Origin: Pecten maximus
Lineage: Eukaryota
Reading direction: 5' to 3'
DNA: 64,000 nt
Assembly: GCF_902652985.1 (NCBI RefSeq)
Contig: NC_047021.1
Location: 27,466,001-27,530,000, forward strand
Each line of letters begins with the position of its first letter. Position 1 is the first letter of the stretch. Shown here in pieces: positions 11,001-23,000 of the stretch. Position numbers and translations under genes: made by a program. The notes below the pieces were generated by a model that made no database searches, had not been told where the DNA came from, and saw only the letters and a program-made list of their open reading frames with translations.

Positions 11001-14000
11001 GTATTTACTGAAGATATGATTTACTTTTGACAGCCAGAGAGATCTAGTTATTTACTTAGGGTATGATTTACCTGTAGACAGCCAGAGAGATCCAGGTATT
11101 TACTGAGGGTATGATTTACCTGTAGACAGCCAGAGAGATCCAGGTACTCCAGCTTCTTGCTATTCTTTCCTGATGACAGATACTGGAGGCCCTTGTCGGT
11201 GTACTTGCGACACGAGGCCATACTGAGGAACTGGAGATTAGCACAGTACCTGATGGGATACACAAAAATAAATAATGTACAGACAATCTGTGTTTACCAG
11301 CATTAACTCTACAGTTCCTGACACATAACTACACACTCTCTTTTTACAGGTATTAAGTACAGAGAATACTCACTTTGAGATAGTTCTGAGAGAAGCATCT
11401 GTGATAGAAGTCCGAGAAATATTTAGGTACAACAAAATTTTACATCCTTTGGCAACCACCTTCATGTGTTCATCCTGTCCAAAAAAACGTAAACCCAAGT
11501 TAGGTGTTTTAACAAACACTGATTTATATCAAATTTTTAGGAAGAGCCCAGCAAAGTCGGCCTAGCAAACATAGCCCAACAATATGCCTACAGGAACAAA
11601 GACTGGCGCAATCTCATATATAAACAGTATAATCAAGATTTAAATTACAAGTGTTTATACTCACATTAAGTCCTTTACATTCTGAAAGATTAAGGTCCTG
11701 GAGGTTACGGCACTCACTGATGCTGACAAAGGTAGGCTCTGTGACTTTGACACAGCCCCGGAGGTTAAGGTGGATGAGGTACGGCCGACACTTTGCAAGG
11801 AGACGGGTCGTTATTTGGTCGGTGACACTAACACAAGACAAAGAAACTATGACATGGTGAACTGGTAAATGAACAATATTTATTAGATATTCCTTCCTTA
11901 GAACTAACTTTCATCATCACTTATTTATTTACTTAAGGATTTTAATATTAAAGTAGGATTTTTTTTTTTGGAAAAAAAGGCATGTAAAATATTATAAAAA
12001 AAAATCAATAAAAATGAAAGAAAATTATGCAGAGATAACTTTTCTATAATTATTCTTTTAATATATATTCATATCCAAATTAGAACTACCCCAGTTTAAT
12101 ATAGTTTATCTATGGCTGCCAATCAGTCTAAAATCTACTCTGTAAAATAAGCAAAAGGTCTTTCAAAGTCTAATTAGCATTACTATACTACATCTCACCA
12201 GACACTACATTCTACCTCATCCATAAAAAATAATTAAAGCACTCAACTACTGTGTACCTACGACTGAAGCCTTCCAGATACCATTTAAAGCACTTATCCA
12301 CCGGCACTCAAAGCACAGCCCTAATACTACATAGCACATCAAATGCAGAAATTGACTCTGACAATTTTCCCCCCTGATATTCTGTCATTTCAGACATTTT
12401 ATTCTTTACGAGAAACCGAGTTGAAAGTATTTGTATGAGGAATTTTGATCATGAATTCGAATTTGGACATGCGTAAAGGGAGATAACCATGATTTCAGGT
12501 ACACAAATTTATCTTCAGATATAATCAGTGTACATTTCTTGTATACATGTATATGTATTTGTTTATTTTATAGTTAAAATACATACATACTCAGGAATTA
12601 GGCATTCAGAGTATTTAAACAAACAGTGAATATAATGATGTGTGAAATTTTATTATATAGACATGAATGTATGATGTGCAAAAAATATTTAACATTGTTG
12701 TTTGAATATATTTTACATGGACACAAACTGTGAATGAATATTCTGTGAGTGACATTTCAAAATCTTCACATTTAAACTCTAGCTACAATACATATATCCA
12801 GCCAGGCCCTAAACCTTCACAGCAGACATGCATGTTTAGCACTATATCTCCCTACTAGCACAGCAACAAGAAGCGTTCAGGACAATCCTCAAAACATACC
12901 CATATAGCATTCTGGTCACAGGCAACCAGTGCCGTGCACATCACGATGTAAAAATAAGGTGCAAAATGTCAAATCACATTCAAATCAAATGAAAGTGCAC
13001 ACAAAGACATGTACATATATATATATATACAGGGGTACACAACAGATAAATGATTAAAAGCTGATGTCTTGACTGCTGTCTCAAATTTTGCTACATACAA
13101 TATACATCATGTATTAATTTTATTTGTTAGCTTAATTAGAATACATTTTTTACATTAACCCCTAGCTGTGAAGTGACTTCTGACCTTTCATCTTTAACGA
13201 ATATATATATAACATACAAGGATGCCCGGTGTCATATACTTTTTATTTGCACAAAATTACGTAAATACTTTTTATACCCCTACTAAAACATAACCCCCTC
13301 CCCCCTTCCCTGGTATAAAAAAGTAACCCCCTACCAAAAATCTTAACCAATCTAAAATAGTGAAGATATATTATATCGACCACACAGGGGTGTCATTTAA
13401 AAGTTACTGACTACACCCCATCCCACAATTATACAGTCATAAAATTGTCTTCTTTCTTTCTTCATTTATGTTACTACATTTGTATGTTACATATAACATA
13501 CAGGGGATGTATACAAACAGAAATAGATTTTGTACATTGTATTACTGTGCTGACACAACATCTCAAACCATTTAACACAACAACATATAGGTTTGAAAAG
13601 AAATAAAATATTTCTACTTTACCAATATTATACAGAAATAAAAACATAGTGATGATAGAAAACTTATCAAATCAAATGTTAAACTACAAAAGATAGGAGA
13701 ATCAACGCTTCTATAACTACAATGGCAGTACTAATTTTCTTGGATGGATACCTTGAGGTACTCAACAGAGATCGTATGTGGTGAACATATTGTGGTCTAG
13801 GCGTCGTTGACATGTGTTTTTACCATTATATTCCAGTATAGTCAGTGATTCTGTAGTTTTTCTTTACTATTAATCAATAATAAATACATCACCACTACAC
13901 AGTTTATGGGGTAAGTTCTCACCTGTTTCTAACTTTGTAGAAGTCCAGCTATAACATAAAATAAAAATCTTTTTCAACAAACATTGATTAAAGATATTAA

Positions 14001-17000
14001 TTAATGTATTGTTTCTCCACAATCTATCTACAAGCCTAGATCTCAACAGCTTATTTCTGCTGTATAATTTATGTATCACATAAAGGTGGTCATCGTCCAC
14101 ATAATAAAATATCGGAAAACTATTAAAATTTCAACATGAAAAGTGTTCATTCCTTCTTTCACTGCTTATATAACTTATATTTATACTATACATATATTCA
14201 AAAGTTACTAGAAAAACTGGAGTATACAAATGTAAGGTTATACATGTATATTTTTTACTTTAGTAGGTTATATTAGATCTAAACAGGAAGAAGGTTAAAA
14301 AAAAAGATGATTATTATTATGAGAGATCTACCAGACTTGTACCAGCTAGTACTTTATTGAGGTACCTACCCGACTCCACAGGGCGGGTGTCTGGGTGATG
14401 ACTTTCCAGGACCGACAAACCCGTGAACATCTCGCTAGGTCAGCTATGTCTACAAAGCTGAAGATCTACAACGTAAGCATACAGTACATGTAGAATCTGT
14501 CAAAAACAAAATTACCATTCACACTCATGAAAGTATACCAATACTCTATAGTTTTGAAATACAATATTTATCTATTTTTCATTTCAGAATATTTTATTGA
14601 AGATGTTAATTCAAAGGGAATTGGGCAACAGGCAATGCCTATATTAGCCCTCTCCCGAACAGAAAACAATTTAATATTCTCTACACACATCAAAATCAAT
14701 TACTACAATGAAAATCATATCATAGATGAGTATCGCCAGCAAGAGGTTATCTATAATCATGTAAGTGACTTCCGTAGAGACTTACCTTGACAGCCAGATC
14801 GCCGAACCCGATGTCTCGGAGATGTGAGATGCTATCCCGAGCTTCTCCTGTTCCTTGGCCGAAGGTTTCATCATCTTCCATATTCTCGCCACGTTCAAGT
14901 TTCTTTAAACATTCATATTCAGGAAATAATACATATGTATTGTTTAATATAGCAGGTACCTTATTTATCACCAAACTGAAAGTATCATCTATAACAGATC
15001 TAGTTATAACACAGTTCATATGATCGGTAAACTGACCAATAAGAAAATTGAACAATAAGGGAACTGACCGATAACTGACCACTGCACTTGTATTATCATT
15101 ATACTTCTTTTAGCTGAAATATATTTCTATCTTCATCTCAATTCAAATCAAAACAAATGTGATTAATCAAGCACACACAAACACTTGACATTACATAAAA
15201 TAACAAAATTTATTTTCAATTATTAAGAGTATTGTATTTATATTTTTGAAAAACCACACAAAAAATACAGTAATAACAAACCTGTTAAAAGCAGAGAATT
15301 TCAACAAAAATAATAATTTGTTAAACCATTCAAAAAAGCAGAAAAAAAATTTGCAAAAACATTACACTTTAAGGGGCCACTTATTCAAAGCTTTTATATT
15401 AAAATTTCACAAATACAAAATTTGAGCAATATCTGAAAACGTCGAAGTATTTTTAAAAGCATGTTCTGTCTGAAGGTGAATTTGAATACCTATAGGTATA
15501 TCTGAGTTTAGATTAAATTACAATATCATTTATATGTACAGGTAAAACTCAAGCTATTACTTTTTAGACAAATGCTAATATTAGTTTGATTTTTTTTTAT
15601 ACATTTTTGTTATCTGGAGAAGTAATAAAAAGGGATCAGGTACATTAATGTACTTGCAAGCCCCCAGTCTATTCCTAATTGTACTGAAAAACTGAAGTGA
15701 GGAGGGGGCTTGTTTATGAGGGGCATACATGATGTATACCAGTCTTACCTACATCTATACATAGAACCTATAACAAGGGGATGACTGGTACAAACAGCAT
15801 AAAACTCAAAACACTAATTATAAACCTAAACTATCTGTAAACCAATTCAAAACAACACAAACAACAAAAAAATCATGGAAATAATAAATAAATGATGGCA
15901 GTAATAATGACCAATTAATTCCTTAAAAATAAAACTAAAACTTGGTTCCAACACAACTACTGGCTTGAAACATAAAAACTATTACTTACAGGTAGTGAAA
16001 ATTTCATTTCCTTGAATTTTGCACTCGTAAATGGATTGCGACTGAGTTTTATGACAGCCATCTTAGTCTAAATAGACAATCAAATCAACCTACGCAGATG
16101 AATAACTGGCTCGTTCATGCACTTTGAATGTCATTGATTTGACTTAAATACTGGTAAAACATCGAAACATTACTGTAGAAATATGAATTCTGATGCATAT
16201 CAAATATATTGTCTAGCTAGCATTGTTAAGTGATTTATCACATGCTTTATCATAGCTGTATGTTATATGGAGTATAGATCGTTAGACTGGTGGCATGAAG
16301 CGGTATCGCATGGTGACATTTTCGTATAAGTTCAGCTTGAACGTACTGTACATGTTAAAAAATTACCAGTTTTAATTACATTATAAGCTAGAGAAGCCTA
16401 ATACTGACATACACCTCCACCCGTAGCTATACTGATCGAACACTTCCTGTCCACCTCTAATACTACACACAGGGTACTGCTATTCACCGGGTATACAGGG
16501 TAACATGGGCTTGGACTATGAGATTTGCGGACAAAGAAAAACGTACGTACACTTGATTGATTAGTTGATTTACCTAATAGGTACATGTATTCACTGCAAC
16601 TTGTATTCACTGCGAAGTTTTATTGTTTATGGTTAAATATAATGACATTGTATTACAAGTTTTGATAAGTTATCTTTTCTTGAAGAAGCCTGAAGTTTTG
16701 GGCAAACCAGTTAACAGTGATTAAGAAAGAATCAATTGATCCCAAGCTTGTTGCGATTTACCATTCTACATAATTTGTCCCTATGATCAATCACCCAGCA
16801 TGGGTGGTATCCAAGCAATGGATATCAGGAATCAACCGAACCTCCACTGAACTGACAGAGTTGGCTCTACACTTTGATTCTCCATGTAATGACATTATAT
16901 AAACTGGCATGTACATGGTAATGTTGGGACCAGTACATTTTAAATTCAGACAAGTGATTTAAGTTTTCAAAAACATTTCTGAGAGGACTAGAGCATTTTG

Positions 17001-20000
17001 GGTCTTTGATCTATCAACCTCATGAGACTCGTACACAGGGACTTGGCACACATCCGTACAGGTCCATATATATCTATTATTTCACGGAACATGGGTAGGG
17101 ATTTTTGCCATGGAATCATTTATCAGTATAGACCAGTACAACTTATTAATGTAGCTGTCTCAATTTCTTGTGTTAGGGTGTTTGAGATCATCTGTAGGTA
17201 TGGCCTACAGGTTGTCTTTTGGCCGTGGTATATATAAGAATTCTGGCTGTATGACAAGTGGGAGCACCTTTGTTTTCAGACATTATTCTGGATTCAAATA
17301 CACAAGTAGATAGCATGTTTGTTTATGATAATTAAGATTATTTATGGGCCTAGTAACTACATGATGAGTATAAAAGTTTTCACGAGAGACTTTAGGTAAT
17401 TTCAAAGTTTTTTTATTACATGTAAATACTATAGGTAATTAAATTATAATTAACGGATATTTAATTATATATATTTATGATATATGATCATAAATCTCTT
17501 TGATATCTAGTCCACTTATATTTGTTAAATGTTAGATCATCAGTCGAAGTTATAATCATATTTTATATACTTAAAAATTGAATAAAGATAAGACATAATA
17601 GAAGAATCATCTGTCATATTAACTAAGTTAGCTTACAACTGACAAGTATAGAAACATTATCCAGATCAATGTTATGGTAACACATAATCAGAAAAAGTAG
17701 TTTGTGTGCTTAAAAGCTACTGATAAAAAAAAAGAACCAAAGAAATAAAACAAAGAAAATTATTTAGTTGATTTACAGAGGCGCAACCAAACAAAATTAT
17801 AAAAACTAAAACATCTATTAAAGACGGATTAAACATTTAGATAATGTAACACGTTTCTATTAAAATGAGAAAATATTCATACTGTATTTTAATTATTTTT
17901 TGTTATTCTATCAATTTCAACAATTACACTGGATCAACTGTACAGAATCGGTGTACATATATGTTGACTCATTCTGTACGAGATTGAACATTGACTAATT
18001 AAACCAGCACAATGAATATCTACTTCTAGGCCAATATTCGTGCTTTGTTTATTAACTTATTTAACCAAAGTCCTCTTCTCTCCTCCTGGAAAACATAGCT
18101 GACCTAAATACAGGGATATTTTCACACAGTATGACAATGATATAGATGAAAAGCCGTGTGACCGCGTGGCGTTTATATGCCTGCAACTACATGTACAAAG
18201 TAGATTGCATAAAGTAGCAGAGAATCTACTGGGTGATAGAGGGGTCCTTCCCTGATGGACTGTTACACATAGTCGGGTGGATAGAGTCTTGGGTGGGTTT
18301 TATATAAACTTTCAGACAGTGTACTCAAGTAGGTGGTTGGGTATCTCATATAAACTTACATATATATTGTATAAAACACGGGAATAGGTAACCATCCTAA
18401 TTTTAATTCAAGATTAAAACATACTGGAATAGATAGAAAACTGAAAAACAAGTGATAGTTCAAGAGTGATATCTCAATAACTTTACAAGGTAGAAATTCA
18501 TTCAGTCCATCAGGGGAAGTAACCCATGCATGTAGGTTGCGGGTGGTGTGTGTCGGATACAGAAGCATGGAACATCAACACAAAACAAAGCTATAGTTAC
18601 CCTCAAATTTATCTTGTGAATCAAAATAGAGTGACAAAGATTACTGACAGAAATGTCCAGTAACGAGTGGTCAAACTATAGTGGACATTGACAGCAATGT
18701 CCACTAATAATGAGTGGTCAGACTGTAGTGGACTCTCGCTATATATACATACAGCTATCCTACTCTGTGAAAGACATAATATCAACTACAGATATCTTTA
18801 TCTTGGAACAGTCGTCTGCTACTAAACTATGAGGCCATCACCAATTAAACTACATTTGATTCTAAAATACAACTATGAAATTTTGTTTGATTAAATACTA
18901 ATAACTTATGACTTTTGCAAATTAGCTCTATTTGTGTGGCTTAAAACAATGTTTTTGTCCAGGCATAAACACTATAGTTCTTGTTAATTAACCATATTAG
19001 TCTGAGTTATTCTTAATGCAAATTCATACACAGAAAAAAGTCTTATGCAGGCAGTTCAGTAAAAAAAATATACAACAAAGTATAAGAAGTTACATTTCAC
19101 TATAACAAATCAGTAAAATAATTTTTTTTATAGTTTTTCTAATAAAATGAAAATTGTTATTGTACTTAACCTGTTAATGAAGAACGCACTTCCCATACAC
19201 TGTGCTAAGTCATCTCTCCAGCAATTGTGCCCCCCTCAACTGTATCACCCTCACCTGTATGTCCCCATCACCTGTACCCCCACAACTGTATCACCCTCAC
19301 CTGTATGTCCCCATCACCTGTACCCCCACAACTGTGTCACCCTCACCTGTGTCCCCCTCACCTGTATGTCCCCATCACCTGTACCCCCTCAACTGTATCC
19401 CCCTCACCTGTATGTCCCCATCACCTGTACCCCCTCAACTGTGTCACCCTCACCTGTATGTCCCCATCACCTGTACCCCCTCAATTGTGTCACCCTCACC
19501 TGTACCCCCACAACTGTATCCCCCTCACCTGTATGTCCCCATCACCTGTACCCCCACAACTGTGTCCCCCTCACCTGTGTCCCCCTCACCTGTGCCCCCT
19601 CACCTGTGTCTCCTCACCTGTATCCCTCACCTGTACCCCCTCCCTTGTACCCCGTACCTGTCCCCCCTCACCTTTTAACAGTTTCACACCTGTTTCAATA
19701 CTACAACTCATTAGTACAACACTTCAGATGACACGGCAGCAATGATCAAATCAACAAAATTATGTGACTGTTACTTTTTCAACAACAAAAGTCTGTCAAA
19801 CATGAACTTAATTTTGCATTTTATATTTTTGTTTTGAATTTTTCTTTTATTTTAGTGAAATTCAACTTTTGCAGTGTCTCCATGTGTACAAAGTGAATGC
19901 TGTAGTTGAAGCAGTGACAAATCCAGGTTTTAGAAAGGTTATCCAAACGATGACAGTTATTAGTTTTTGTAAAATGACATTCTGTTCGGAGCCAGTGCCT

Positions 20001-23000
20001 GGATGTGTGACTGCCAAGTGCTGGAGAGATGAAGTAGCAGTTAGAGACAGTTAGAGGGCCTCTCACCACAGTATACCTATAATACTGACCAGCTTACTCT
20101 GTGTAACAAACAAAACAGTACATGTTCACTAAACGGCTAAAACACCTAGTAAACATACTACTGGCAAACTACACATCACCTGTAGCTATACTCAGATATA
20201 TTTTGAATCGATATGGAAACTATTGCTTAAATCTAATACAAATTTTGATTATAATTAAATGAAATTCCTTATCTTATACTACCATACATTGACCCTAATT
20301 GAGTGATGTAATATCGTAATTGCTCTATCACACACAGCTGTACTGGGGATAGTGACATAGGGGATAGACTGGGGTCCCTATAGCTGCTGGTGTACAGTGA
20401 CTGGAGCTACAAACTTGTGGGGACGACAACACTGATAGTAAAACCTCTGGAACTACAGCATTCCTGTTGCCATGCAACAGCTACAGCCAAACATACTCCC
20501 ATCAAATAGTGTAAGGTCAAGTTGTGTGACTAGCCTACCTCGAAGTACTCCCTCTGGTTTTTAGCCCGAACAGTAGTTTCATGCCACTCCTTGAAAATGA
20601 CCTTTCCAATGGAGATATGGTATATCTTCTTTATCTTCTGATATGACACTAGGGACACAAAAACATAACTTATTGTATCACACATGGTCACCAATAGCAA
20701 CACAAGGTCACGAAATGTTACACAAAATGTCATCCATGGTCATCTATGGTCACCCATGGTCTCACAAGGTCACACGAAATGTTACACAAAGTGACAAAAT
20801 GTCATCCATGGTCACCCAAGGTCTCGCAAGGTCATCCAAGGTCACACAAGAAACAAGGTCACTCAAAGTCACATAAGGACAGACAAGGTCATTAAAGGTC
20901 CCACAATGTGGTCTGTTTGTGGTCTTTGCAGGTGTCGCAGTAGTATTTTACAAACCCATAGTAGAGGCAGAGAAATCTCATAACAAATAATTAAGTAAAG
21001 AACTATCAACTGTCACAGATAAAGTATTCTGACATATGTTATATCCCGAATTTAATAGAAAATATGTGAAAATAATAATTCTGTGATATGTTTCTATATC
21101 TAAAATATTAAATCTAATCGCACATCCATTATCAAAAATCTGTGTGAATCAAAATATCTTTAATGCTGCAGTGATAAATCTACTTGTGAAGCCCAAGTCC
21201 TGTATTCATCAAATTTTGATGGGAATCACAGAATTTCTGGAAATACTTCACCTTAACATTGTTTTTAGCAATGCAGCCCATGAAAATAAATTGTAGATTG
21301 ATCACAGTACTGGTGTAAATTAACTTGGTTCCTTGTGTAACTATCCTGACTAAACATCTCTAGTTAAATGTAAATTAAGAAGTTTTTGGAATATTCCATA
21401 TTTAATGTATACATACTGGCTTGGCACCCTTTCCTGTACTTCACCCAGTCCTGTATGGGGGAAAGAAAATAGAACGATAAAACTTTACAATATCATAGAA
21501 TGACAACAAACATGTGTTACTACTGAACTTCTAAATAAACTTTGTATTCAATGTAAGAACATGTTACTTAACAGAGACAGTTCTGTATAAACGTATGTTG
21601 TACAAGGATATAATTTATGAAATAACAGAGATATTTGTTTTGTTAGTGAGACTATTTACTAACCTTCCACTCATCCAGATGGACCCTCATCACCTTCTGA
21701 GCACGATGTCTCTCTGCCCGCTCCATTTGTAATAACATCTTCTGCAGCTTTTTTTTCTTATGTAAAGAATACTGCACCCACGAGCTGTCAACACCATGTG
21801 GACAATTTTGTATACTTATTTTCTCAACTTCTAACAAAAGTATGTTATATGACAAAGTAGAAGAAAATACTCTAAACTGAATTTGTTTTCACAAACTGGA
21901 GTGATACCTTTATCTGTATATGTTTCCATAAAAAGAAATTTTTCATTTTTGTTTTTTTCACCCTATGGAATATTTGCCCATTTGATTTGTCACATTTTGC
22001 TTCTTTTAAAAATATATTTCTCCTGATTAGTTTTAAATAATAATGAAAGATGTCTTAATGTTTTGTTGTTTGTTGTTTTTTCTTCACTTATTACCTTAAC
22101 AATACTTTATCACTTTAAGCCTTTGTAAAGAATTCCTCAGATTCTAAAATTGATCAAGTTCCATTTTATTTCATACAATTGCATGTATCACCCATTTCAA
22201 CCCTAACGTATGACTCGTATAATTACGTACCTGAAACACATCATCTTGAGGCTCCTGTTGTAATGCTCATACGCTGTGGCGTACATCTCTGGGGTGGGCT
22301 ACAAAAACACATCAACTTATTAAATATACACACAGAGATTGACACCTAAACAAGCCTAAAGTATCATGATAAATTGCAAATATTTATAAAATGACTTTTT
22401 ACATATATATATAAAAAAAAGAGAAAAAAAATCATTTAAAAACTGATGTCATTGTCAATACTCATGAATATAAGAAAATCAACCATTCTTTCTGCTTCCT
22501 GATCTGCTGAATGTCTAGTTACTTTACACTCTGAACATGAAGTTCTTTAAATGTATTAAACCACTGATCATAAATTTGTATGTCTTACAATATATATGTG
22601 CAAAGACTTGACAATAGCCAGTGATATATTTTTTAAAACTATTTATATGTTTGATATATGAACATAGCATGAGAGAGGAGATGATCTGTTTGGATATCTA
22701 TACGAGACAAATCTCCCGAGATACACTGGAGAGAGCTAATGTTAATGACTCACACAGTCACCAGCTTTTATTTACAAGATCCTAGTTCACCTTAAGTTGA
22801 AAATCCAGGCTGTATATCTACCATACAGTGATCATGAGCTTTTTGTGCTCCATAGTAATGTGGAAAGAGTACATTTATCACTCAACTTTACAGGTGAAAG
22901 CAAGGAGATTCTAGCACATGCCGTAACCAAGCACCAGCTCAGAGTACTTCAGTAAATTATGGTAGTATTCATTCCACTGATCCACAGCAAAGTTAGGTAC

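Noticed and set aside
6208-11146. CRISPR-like regular repeats
   Set aside because: The units are contiguous with no unique spacers, there are no cas genes, and the context is eukaryotic introns.
19147-19745. Pro/Cys/His-rich ORFs resembling extensin or keratin-associated proteins
   Set aside because: They are open in all three frames of a C-rich minisatellite and antisense to an FBXL13 intron.
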